Shown piece after piece: positions 1 through 7,305 of a DNA stretch of 10,667 nt. The stretch is from Candidatus Omnitrophota bacterium. Its GTDB lineage: Bacteria > Omnitrophota > Gorgyraeia > JABMRG01 > JAFGKX01. The notes under the pieces are model-generated. The model made no database searches, had not been told where the DNA came from, and worked only from the letters and a program-made list of their open reading frames with translations. The stretch lies in assembly GCA_020354945.1 (NCBI GenBank), contig CP070655.1, positions 1,083,850-1,094,516 on the forward strand, in the 5' to 3' direction. Position 1 is the stretch's first letter. Each line of letters begins with the position of its first letter. The position numbers and the translations under genes are program-made.

Positions 1-2
1 TC

Positions 3-410
3 AGTTCTGTAATGGCCAAAGAATATCCAAGCGAACAAAGGGCTTATCAGTATGGAGATTTAGATTCCATTGCAAAAGCTTACGGAAAATTAAGGGAAAA
101 ATTTTTAGTGGCTGTAGAAGGCTCAGCCATTGTGGGTACAGCCGGCGTTAAAGAGGATAGCAAAAGGAAAGCTTTGCTAAGGAGGCTTTTCGTTCACCCT
201 AGCCACAGGGGACGCGGGGCCGGCTCTATGCTGGTCGATACCGCCTTAGATTTTTGCAAAATGAACGGATATAGTTATGTCAACTTCAGGGCCACATCGA
301 GAATGAAACCGGCAATAGAACTTTTATGTAAAAAGAAGGGGTTTAGAGAAAAGGATAGATACCTTTTTGATGATATACAAATAATAAATCTGATTTATAA
401 AATTAGATAA
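3..410 (+). CDS. GNAT-family N-acetyltransferase, probably 5'-truncated by the window edge
   Basis: Acetyl-CoA-binding motif A 'LRRLFVHPSHRGRGAGSMLV', preceding 'FLVAVEGSAIVGTAGV' strands and C-terminal 'AIELLCKKKGF'. The frame is open upstream of the ATG at 12 (agt tct gta atg), so the true start probably lies before the window. Confidence 0.88.
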   Translation, partial: SSVMAKEYPSEQRAYQYGDLDSIAKAYGKLREKFLVAVEGSAIVGTAGVKEDSKRKALLRRLFVHPSHRGRGAGSMLVDTALDFCKMNGYSYVNFRATSRMKPAIELLCKKKGFREKDRYLFDDIQIINLIYKIR

Positions 411-413
411 AAA

Positions 414-1898
414 ATGAATGCCAATAGAAAAATAAAAGAAGAACTAACTGAACAGCTCATCCTTAACAAAGATAGTATAGTCTCAAGCTGGGCATCGCAA
501 ATAATGAAAGTGCCGGGGCACAGGAAACACAAAACGATTGTGCCTGTCGGGAGGCACAAGAAGGGCATGAACAGGTTTTTTAAGCTTTTTGCTGCATATC
601 TTCAAAATCGGCACGATACAAGGTCCTTGAAGTGTTTGACTTCACTTATGCGAGAAGGCTATCTAAGTATAAATAATGCGGAAGATATTATTCATGGGCA
701 GATGCTGCTGCGAAAGATCATTGCTGAATTTTTATTATCAAAATATAAACAGAACCTTGAAAAATTGCGAAAGATGTTGTATTTAGTAACTGCCGCAATT
801 GATGTGAATATCCTCCATATCAGCAGTGTACGCAGAAAAAGGGATTTCAAACGGCTGCATACTTTAGTCAAATTAGGAAGAAAATTAGTCATTGCAAGAG
901 ATCTAAACAGATTGTTAGATGTAGTGATAGATACTGCCCTTAAAGAAAGTGATGCCGATAGAGCATCGGTTATGTTGGCGAATAAGCAGGGGGTGCTTAA
1001 AATTAATGCGTCTGTTGGCATACCTGAAGATGTTGTAGAAGAAGCGGAAGAACAAATAGGCGAAGGTATAGCAGGTAAAGTTGCCAAGACCAATAAGCCG
1101 ATTATTATCAATGAAGGCGAGAAAATCAGCAAGGATATAAGGCGCTCTATGAAAGGCTTGAGCATTGTTTCGGCTATTAGCATTCCCATAGCTACAGAAG
1201 ATTCTGAGGTCCTGGGTGTGCTTAACCTGGGAAAATATCCCGGTAAAAATCTATTTGACAAAGAAGACGTTGAGCTCCTGTCTATACTGGCATACGAGGC
1301 CGCCACTTCTATAAGAAGTTACCAATTAGTTTTGGAAACAGAGGGCCTGTACATCGGGACCATCTTTGCCTTGGCAGCAGCCTTAGATGCAAGAGACCAC
1401 TATACCCATGGACATTCCAGGAAAGTAGCACGATATGCAGTATCAATCGCCAAAGAAATGAAACTGTCGAGGTATGAGGTTGATATAATCCGCCGGGCCA
1501 GCTTGCTTCATGATATTGGCAAGATTGGCATTCCTGATAAAATATTAGAAAAACCCGGCAGGCTTACCAGGAAAGAATATGAAATAGTAAAAAAACATCC
1601 TAAGGTAGCCGTAGATATTCTTAAGCCAATTCCACAACTTAAAGATATTCTTCCGGGCGTCTATCATGAACACGAGCGTTATGACGGGAAAGGGTATATC
1701 GCCGGTTTAAAAGGAGATGCTATTCCCCTTGAGGCGAGAATAATAGGCGTTGCGGATGCTTTCGATGCTATGACTTCTGAACGGCCTTATCGTAAAGCAC
1801 TCCCCCATAAAGAAGCAATAGTAGAACTTAAAAAGAATGCCGGTGCCCAGTTTGACCCAGAAGTAGTAGAGGCGTTCCTTAAAACGCTGAAAAAATAA
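414..1898 (+). CDS. HD-GYP domain cyclic-dinucleotide phosphodiesterase with a GAF domain and an N-terminal helical (RsbRD_N/globin-like) sensor region
   Basis: HD-GYP motifs 'DARDHYTHGHS', 'LLHDIGKIGIPD..L.KPG.L', 'HEHERYDGKGYI', 'ARIIGVADAFDAMTSERPYR' and 'GAQFDPEVV'. Central GAF signature 'ADRASVML...GEGIAGKVA...SAISIPI...VLGVLNL...FDKEDVELL'. Starts 3 nt after the GNAT stop. Confidence 0.92.
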   Translation: MNANRKIKEELTEQLILNKDSIVSSWASQIMKVPGHRKHKTIVPVGRHKKGMNRFFKLFAAYLQNRHDTRSLKCLTSLMREGYLSINNAEDIIHGQMLLRKIIAEFLLSKYKQNLEKLRKMLYLVTAAIDVNILHISSVRRKRDFKRLHTLVKLGRKLVIARDLNRLLDVVIDTALKESDADRASVMLANKQGVLKINASVGIPEDVVEEAEEQIGEGIAGKVAKTNKPIIINEGEKISKDIRRSMKGLSIVSAISIPIATEDSEVLGVLNLGKYPGKNLFDKEDVELLSILAYEAATSIRSYQLVLETEGLYIGTIFALAAALDARDHYTHGHSRKVARYAVSIAKEMKLSRYEVDIIRRASLLHDIGKIGIPDKILEKPGRLTRKEYEIVKKHPKVAVDILKPIPQLKDILPGVYHEHERYDGKGYIAGLKGDAIPLEARIIGVADAFDAMTSERPYRKALPHKEAIVELKKNAGAQFDPEVVEAFLKTLKK

Positions 1899-1921
1899 AA
1901 AAAGGGCACAGCGCCCTTTTT
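1899..1921. terminator. Bidirectional intrinsic terminator
   Basis: AAAAAGGGC-acagc-GCCCTTTTT perfect inverted repeat immediately after the TAA at 1896-1898, between convergent genes. It has a U-tract on both strands. The GC core is only 4 bp. Confidence 0.7.
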
Positions 1922-1948
1922 ATTCCTGTCCATTTTTATTTCTATTTT

Positions 1949-2470
1949 TTACTTTACCTTCAGCTCTATTTGCTTACCTCCCTTTTCTAATAAGACCAGC
2001 TGTTTTGATATTTTTACAATCCTGGCTCCGCTGACATATTCTCCTTCTGTATAAACAGAGCCATTTATTACCGCCATCGGTTCTTTATCGTAAACTATGC
2101 CGGTTAATACAAATGAGTCTAAAGAACCCTCTTTCCGGATTGGTTTATTTGTTAATAGCGGCGGGATTTTTTCCTTGGGAATTTGATTTAGGCTAGCGGT
2201 TTCTACCCCTGGTCTTTTACGCAAGAGATAATTATTCAATAAAAATATAGCAGTTGTAATTAAAATCGCCATTAAACCTATAGTAATCGGTAAGATTAAA
2301 GCAGCTTGCCTTTTTATTGGTTTTTTTAAAGGAGCAGGTTGCGTTTCCAGGTTTATTTCGGTACTCTTATTATTCGAATCAATGGTTTGACTTTCCTTTT
2401 TCATGTCAGGGGTTTTTGCCCCCCTTTTTAGGCGAGCGGCCTTTTTTAGGGCCTCATGGATTATGCTCAT
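1949..2470 (-). CDS. gspB: GspB/ExeB-like (T2SS protein B family) bitopic membrane protein
   Basis: Typical N-terminus 'MSIIHEALKKA', one TM segment 'ALILPITIGLMAILITTAIFLL', a Pro/Lys-rich linker and a C-terminal beta domain 'LTGIVYDKEPMAVINGSVYTEGEYVSGARIVKISKQLVLL'. Coupled to the upstream ExeA-like gene by an ATGA overlap (2467-2470). Confidence 0.75.
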   Translation of the reverse strand: MSIIHEALKKAARLKRGAKTPDMKKESQTIDSNNKSTEINLETQPAPLKKPIKRQAALILPITIGLMAILITTAIFLLNNYLLRKRPGVETASLNQIPKEKIPPLLTNKPIRKEGSLDSFVLTGIVYDKEPMAVINGSVYTEGEYVSGARIVKISKQLVLLEKGGKQIELKVK

Positions 2471-3285
2471 TTTACAGCGATTTTTCCTTCTATTTCGTCT
2501 ATCGCACTATTTATAATATCTTCCCCGAAAGATGTTATTCCCTGCACAAAACCACTGAGCAATACTTTGTCGCAGACAATATTTATCAACCGCGGCGTGC
2601 CTGATGTATATAAATATAATTGGTCAATGGCGCCGTCTGTAAAAGTAATTTCCTTAGAACAACCGGCTATTTTAAGCCTGTGATAGATATAAGCTTTTAT
2701 TTCGTCTTTATCCAATGGCAGGATATGGTATCTTATTGCTATTCTCTGACGCAACTGGATGAGGTCATCGCGTGCCAATCTCTTCTTAAGTTCCGGCTGG
2801 CCAACCAGTATTATTTGGATAAGTTTTTCCTTATCTGTTTCTAAATTTGAGAGTAACCTGATATGTTCTAGTAATCTCCCTCTAAGATTTTGGGCCTCAT
2901 CGATTATAAGTACCACATTATGCCCATGAGCCAATTCATTGATTAGATAATTATTGAGCGTTTTTAATAAGCTAAACTTGTTTTTTCCCTCTGCCTGAAG
3001 GCCCAAATCCTCAAGTATGAACTGCAGCAGTTGAAACTCTGAAAGTGCAGGATTTAATATTAAAGCTGTTTTAATCTTATGGCTTATTTTTCTTAGCAAG
3101 GCCTGGCAAAGGGTAGTTTTTCCAGTTCCAATCTCACCGGTGATTTCAACAAAGCCTTTTCGCTCTTTTATCCCGTAAATAAGATGGGAGTAGGCCTCCT
3201 TATGGTGCCTGCTCATAAACAGATAATCCGGGTCGCTGGTTACATTAAAAGGGTTTTCTTTCAGGCCATAGAATTGAGTATACAT
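2467..3285 (-). CDS. exeA: ExeA/GspA/MshM-family AAA+ ATPase (short form, 272 aa)
   Basis: Family N-terminus 'MYTQFYGLKENPFNVTSDPDYLF', Walker A 'GEIGTGKTT', Walker B 'LIIDEAQNL', 'ILVGQPEL', 'QLRQRI' and 'GTPRLINIVCD'. The start is moved from the track's 3696 to the ATG at 3285, where family similarity begins. Confidence 0.9.
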   Translation of the reverse strand: MYTQFYGLKENPFNVTSDPDYLFMSRHHKEAYSHLIYGIKERKGFVEITGEIGTGKTTLCQALLRKISHKIKTALILNPALSEFQLLQFILEDLGLQAEGKNKFSLLKTLNNYLINELAHGHNVVLIIDEAQNLRGRLLEHIRLLSNLETDKEKLIQIILVGQPELKKRLARDDLIQLRQRIAIRYHILPLDKDEIKAYIYHRLKIAGCSKEITFTDGAIDQLYLYTSGTPRLINIVCDKVLLSGFVQGITSFGEDIINSAIDEIEGKIAVK

Positions 3286-3339
3286 GCCATTACTATATAT
3301 ACACCCAACAATCGGCTTTGTAAAGTGAATTTTGCCTAT

Positions 3340-3368
3340 TTGACTAAATGGTATCAATATGTTATAAT
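3340..3368 (+). promoter_or_regulatory. Sigma70-type promoter for the 3392-5091 operon
   Basis: TTGACT (3340-3345), 17-nt spacer ending in TGt, TATAAT (3363-3368). Shine-Dalgarno AAGGAG at 3379-3384 before the ATG at 3392. Confidence 0.8.
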
Positions 3369-3391
3369 TTCCTCTAACAAGGAGCAATATT

Positions 3392-3805
3392 ATGGTCGAA
3401 GAAAGTGAAAAAATAGAACCCACCCTGCTTTTTTCTATTCTCTGCGACGATGTCAGACGCGAAGACAATGGAAAATTCATACTTATTGGTTTGTTCGAAA
3501 CCATTGGAGCGGCTAACTTCCCGGTGCGCCATGCAAAGCTTTTTGTTATGAATTGTTGGTGCAGTGGTATGGGAGAATTTACCCAGCGGACCAGAATAAT
3601 AGCACCTGACGGGTCAAAACTAATTGAAGATGAAAAGACAAGTTTTAAATTAAACGATTTACGGGTCAAACATAGAATAGTTGCAAGGTTCAACAATACA
3701 CTGTTCCGCGCTCCGGGAGAGTATTCAGTCGAGGTGCTGTTGAATGGAGAGCTAAAGGTTCGCTATCCGCTGATAGTGGAGAAGATTAAACCCAAAATTC
3801 GGTGA
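3392..3805 (+). CDS. Conserved hypothetical beta-rich protein (DUF6941-like)
   Basis: Strong promoter and RBS. The motif 'ILCDDVRREDNGKFILIGLF' and C-terminal 'F..PGEYSVEVLLNGE' match my recollection of DUF6941, not verified by search. Confidence 0.7.
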   Translation: MVEESEKIEPTLLFSILCDDVRREDNGKFILIGLFETIGAANFPVRHAKLFVMNCWCSGMGEFTQRTRIIAPDGSKLIEDEKTSFKLNDLRVKHRIVARFNNTLFRAPGEYSVEVLLNGELKVRYPLIVEKIKPKIR

Positions 3806-3811
3806 CATTGA

Positions 3812-4336
3812 ATGGGACAGGTACGCAGATCCCTGCCTGTAAAGTTAATCACGGGCATCATAACCGGTAATGAAAATAACTTCGATATAACAGCGAATGT
3901 TTTAACTAAAAAATTTGGTGCCATAGACTACAAAAGCCCAATCTATGATTTTAACTTAACCAATTACTACCAGAAAGAGATGGGCCCTGAGCTTAAAAGG
4001 CAGTTTTTAAGTTTCTCCAAAACGATAGCCCCTGCCAAATTAGCTAAAATAAAGCTTTTTACAAATAAGCTCGAAAAAAGATATTCTAAAAATGACAAGC
4101 GCTTGATAAATGTAGACCCCGGTTATGTCACTGCTTCAAAATTAGTCTTAGCCACAACTAAAGATTATTCTCACCGTATATATTTAGATAGAGGGATTTT
4201 TGCGGAAGTAACATTATATTATAAAAATGGCACCTTTAATCCATGGGGATGGACATACCCGGATTATAAAACCAAAGGCTATATAGAGTCGTTTAACCAT
4301 ATAAGAGAAATTTATATGCTGCAGATGGAGAAATGA
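3812..4336 (+). CDS. DUF4416-family protein
   Basis: Characteristic motifs 'PVKLI.G', 'T.YY.KEMG..L.R.F.SF', 'R.IN.DPGY....LVLAT.K...HRIYL..GI.AEVTL' and 'WTYPDY'. Confidence 0.8.
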   Translation: MGQVRRSLPVKLITGIITGNENNFDITANVLTKKFGAIDYKSPIYDFNLTNYYQKEMGPELKRQFLSFSKTIAPAKLAKIKLFTNKLEKRYSKNDKRLINVDPGYVTASKLVLATTKDYSHRIYLDRGIFAEVTLYYKNGTFNPWGWTYPDYKTKGYIESFNHIREIYMLQMEK

Positions 4337-5091
4337 AGATAGCCCGGTTTATATACAATAAAAAAATTTGCTACGGTATGGTTGAAAACCGTTCTGCAAG
4401 CCTCATAGACGGCTCGATATTTGACAAATTTAAAATAACAAAGAAAAAAATAGATATCTCAAAAATTACACTTTTACCTCCTGTGAACCCCGGTAAAGTA
4501 ATATGCGTGGGTTTAAATTATAAAGACCACGCCAAAGAATTAAATATGCCGATACCGGATGAGGCCATCATATTTATCAAACCACCTACATCAATCACAG
4601 GCCATAATCAAAAAATCACATATCCTGAATGCGTAAAAAGACTGGATTATGAAGCTGAACTTGCGGTAATTATAAAAAAAGAAGCAAAAAATATAGACAA
4701 AGAAGATGCCAAAGATTATATACTTGGTTATACCTGCCTGAATGATGTTACAGCAAGAGATATTCAAAAAAAGGATATTCAGTGGACAAGGGCAAAATCT
4801 TTTGATACCTTTTGCCCGATAGGCCCCTTTATAGTCACAGATATTAAACCGGATAATTTATCCATCAAACTGTATTTAAACGGTAAAATAAAGCAGTCGT
4901 CTACAACTGCTAACTTGATATTCAAGATAGATAAACTTGTCAGTTTTATATCAAATGTCATGACCCTTAAGCCAGGAGACGTAATCGCCACCGGGACACC
5001 GCCTGGCGTAGGCCCTATGAACATAAACGATAAGGTTGAAGTAAAGATTGAAAAAATAGGCACGCTGGCTAATACCGTCGCTTCTATTTAA
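4333..5091 (+). CDS. Fumarylacetoacetate hydrolase (FAH) family protein
   Basis: 'KVICVGLNYKDHAKE', 'IFIKP', 'LDYEAELAVII', 'GYTCLNDVTARD.Q', 'RAKSFDTFCPIGP' and 'PGDVIATGTP.GVG'. ATGA overlap with the upstream gene. Confidence 0.95.
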   Translation: MKIARFIYNKKICYGMVENRSASLIDGSIFDKFKITKKKIDISKITLLPPVNPGKVICVGLNYKDHAKELNMPIPDEAIIFIKPPTSITGHNQKITYPECVKRLDYEAELAVIIKKEAKNIDKEDAKDYILGYTCLNDVTARDIQKKDIQWTRAKSFDTFCPIGPFIVTDIKPDNLSIKLYLNGKIKQSSTTANLIFKIDKLVSFISNVMTLKPGDVIATGTPPGVGPMNINDKVEVKIEKIGTLANTVASI

Positions 5092-5108
5092 AATTAGGAA
5101 GTTTTGTT

Positions 5109-5136
5109 TTGACTTTGATATTATTTTTGTTATAAT
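5109..5136 (+). promoter_or_regulatory. Sigma70-type promoter for the 5169 gene
   Basis: TTGACT (5109-5114), 16-nt spacer ending in TGt, TATAAT (5131-5136). SD-like GAAAGGTG at 5154-5161. Confidence 0.72.
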
Positions 5137-5168
5137 AAAACCTCAAATATCAAGAAAGGTGCGCTATA

Positions 5169-5702
5169 ATGGACATACAACATATGTGGCAGAAGGCCAT
5201 AAAAAATACAGAGATAATGAGGACACGGGTGCATCTGCTGGAGACCTTCACCCATACTGAAATTCCATATATATTTTTAGCAGAATCAACCTTAAATATA
5301 GGCGATACTGTAGTAAGAAAAGGCAAGGTTCTGGTGGAAAAACCCACAATTATCCTACCTGGGAACCCCCCTCAATTGCAGGGTTTTGAATTTGAAGATG
5401 CCGTAGATATAGATGCTAACAAAGTAATCGATTTTCTGTTAATAAGAGGGGTGCGCTTTCCTTCGCTAAAATATAATAATCAAACATCACTGATTGATAT
5501 TTATGAAGGGCTCCTAAAGAAGGCTATCGAGCATTATAAAGACGGGCTTCAGCGAGCGGAAGATGTCCACACAGGTCTAATAGTAGGCCCGGAAGACTGC
5601 TGGCAGCTTTCTGTTCTTATCTTTGTAGGCGCCATGGTATCCAGGTCAGCCGAAGAGGATATTAAAAGATTACTTGACCGTTATAAACATAACAACAATT
5701 AG
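5169..5702 (+). CDS. Hypothetical cytoplasmic protein (177 aa)
   Basis: Dedicated promoter and RBS, fills the intergenic gap and has a globular composition. No catalytic motif recognised. Confidence 0.85.
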   Translation: MDIQHMWQKAIKNTEIMRTRVHLLETFTHTEIPYIFLAESTLNIGDTVVRKGKVLVEKPTIILPGNPPQLQGFEFEDAVDIDANKVIDFLLIRGVRFPSLKYNNQTSLIDIYEGLLKKAIEHYKDGLQRAEDVHTGLIVGPEDCWQLSVLIFVGAMVSRSAEEDIKRLLDRYKHNNN

Positions 5703-5742
5703 CCTACCTTGTTAGGGTATCCCCATCTATTATTTTCACATC

Positions 5743-5771
5743 TTGACTTTATATTATAGTTATAGTAAACT
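5743..5771 (+). promoter_or_regulatory. Sigma70-type promoter candidate for the GGDEF-MshEN-PilB unit
   Basis: TTGACT (5743-5748), 17 nt, TAAACT (5766-5771). An alternative extended -10 TGtGATAAT lies at 5782-5790. RBS GGAGG at 5811-5815. Confidence 0.55.
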
Positions 5772-5822
5772 ATTTTTATATTGTGATAATTAAAATTTAA
5801 ACAAACAACCGGAGGCAATAAA

Positions 5823-7232
5823 ATGGGAAAATTCTTTAAACAAATGTCTTTGGTACCAAAACCGTTGCGATACAAATTGACGATAGTCTTCTCGCTTATG
5901 TCCATAATACCACTGCTGATATGTGTCTATTTAGCTACTAATTTCATATTTCCGAAATACGGCTATACCGATATAGGATCGATTAGCCTGGTTATATTTA
6001 TCACAATAATTATAACAGGCCTTGGTTTATACCTTGCCAGGGAAATGATTGAGTCGATTGTCAGAATGGCCCTCGATGCAAAAAAGATTGCCGGTGGAGA
6101 CTTTGAACACTATATAAAGGTAACCAGGGAAGATGAAATCGGCGAATTGGGCAAATCGATTAATACCATGACCCAGAGAATAAGAGATAACATTACCGAA
6201 CTTAAAGATTACGGAGAGAAGACAAAAGAGATTAATATAGAGATAAATAAAAAGGTAATGGCGCTTTCCGGGTTGCTTCAGATTGGCAGCCTTATTTCTA
6301 CTGGTGAAGAACTGCAGAATATAATGGATATGCTTGTTGATAAAGTAGCGCATGTAGAAGATTCTAATCCTGCGGTTATAATGATTGTAAATGAGGAGAC
6401 AAATACACTAGACCCAGTCTCGTTGCTAAATTTTAAATTTACAGAAGTTGCAAAGCGCCCGGTGCGCTTAGGGCACGGTTTGGTGGGCGAAGCAGCTGTT
6501 GAGATTAAAGACATTATTATAGACAAGAACACAAAAATAACTCCGGAGATAGAAGAATTGCAGAAGAACTACGAGCTTAAAAATGTTATAATTCTGCCCG
6601 TTGTGCTGCATGAAAAATGCAAAGGTATTTTGCTGACGGGAAATAGAAAAGATAACCACACTTTTAAAAAAGATGGTATAGAACTTCTTAAGGTCTTTGT
6701 GAAACAAGCCACCATAGCCCTTGAAAATGACGCCCTTATTAAGAAGGTAGTGGAATTAGAAGTTATGGATGAATTAACCGGGCTATATAATGAAAGTTAT
6801 ATAAAGACAAGGCTTGAAGAAGAGATAAAACGCTCGATAATATATCAAAGGCCATGTTCGTTTATAATTTATAAAATAAAGGACTTCGAGACCTACTGCA
6901 GCCAGCGGGGCAGAATGGCCGGAGAGTCAGCCCTTAAAAAGATTTCCAAACTGATAGCAGAGAATCTGACTCCGGTAGATAAAGCTGCCAGATTTGCAGA
7001 TGACGAATTTGCTATAGTCCTTCCTGAAAGGAATAAAAGGGAGGCCGGTACAATAACCGAAGAGGTCAAGAAAAAGATATCGGAATTAGTAATAGACCCA
7101 AAAGCAAGGCCGGGCCTGCAAAAACTTAGTGCCTGCGGAGGCATCAGCGAGAATCCTATTGATGGAGCTTCTGCAGCAGAACTAATAATGAAGGCCCAGC
7201 ATCGCCTTCAGGAAGCCATAAAAAAGGATTAA
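5823..7232 (+). CDS. Membrane protein with 2 TM, HAMP, GAF and degenerate GGDEF domains (likely inactive diguanylate cyclase)
   Basis: Two hydrophobic helices separated by a loop of about 10 aa. HAMP 'IAGGDF...REDEIGELGKSINTMT'. GAF 'GHGLVGEA...NVIILPV...GILLTG...FKKDGIELL'. GGDEF-domain start 'DELTGLYN', with the signature position reading 'ARFADDEF'. Confidence 0.9.
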   Translation: MGKFFKQMSLVPKPLRYKLTIVFSLMSIIPLLICVYLATNFIFPKYGYTDIGSISLVIFITIIITGLGLYLAREMIESIVRMALDAKKIAGGDFEHYIKVTREDEIGELGKSINTMTQRIRDNITELKDYGEKTKEINIEINKKVMALSGLLQIGSLISTGEELQNIMDMLVDKVAHVEDSNPAVIMIVNEETNTLDPVSLLNFKFTEVAKRPVRLGHGLVGEAAVEIKDIIIDKNTKITPEIEELQKNYELKNVIILPVVLHEKCKGILLTGNRKDNHTFKKDGIELLKVFVKQATIALENDALIKKVVELEVMDELTGLYNESYIKTRLEEEIKRSIIYQRPCSFIIYKIKDFETYCSQRGRMAGESALKKISKLIAENLTPVDKAARFADDEFAIVLPERNKREAGTITEEVKKKISELVIDPKARPGLQKLSACGGISENPIDGASAAELIMKAQHRLQEAIKKD

Positions 7233-7279
7233 GGATTAAACAGGGAAAACTTAATCCTTAATTCTTGCAACTTAATCCT
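7224..7279. repeat. 7-nt-period repeat tract forming a 16-bp inverted repeat
   Basis: AAGGATT-AAGGATT-AA (7224-7239), 11-nt loop, TTAATCC-TTAATTC-TT (7251-7266; one G.U pair). The phase continues with TTGCAAC (7265-7271) and TTAATCC (7272-7278). Confidence 0.85.
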
Positions 7280-7305
7280 AAATGAGATAAGGAGCATATA
7301 AAGTT

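Noticed and set aside
692-1306. 204-aa minus-strand ORF
   Set aside because: Antisense shadow of the GAF region of the HD-GYP gene, with Ser/Leu-rich non-protein-like composition.
2317-3408. Short + strand ORFs (2317-2604, 2456-2683, 2620-2844, 3184-3408)
   Set aside because: Antisense to gspB/exeA, with no recognisable motifs.
3286-3696. 137-codon N-terminal extension of the ExeA ORF in the track (start 3696)
   Set aside because: It overlaps the + strand DUF6941-like gene and its promoter antisense, has no family resemblance, and ExeA similarity starts at MYTQFYGL (3285).
5705-5719. Weak hairpin TACCTT-gtt-AGGGTA after the hypothetical gene
   Set aside because: Short stem with a G.U pair and no adjacent U-tract. 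Not supportable as a terminator.
5755-5766. TATAGT x2 direct repeat in the promoter spacer
   Set aside because: Two copies of an AT-rich 6-mer in very AT-rich DNA. Not distinguishable from chance.
7224-7279. Possible CRISPR repeat, IS end or c-di-GMP riboswitch interpretation of the 7224-7279 structure
   Set aside because: No repeat-spacer periodicity, no transposase or cas gene, and no GEMM-type two-stem architecture that I could identify by eye.
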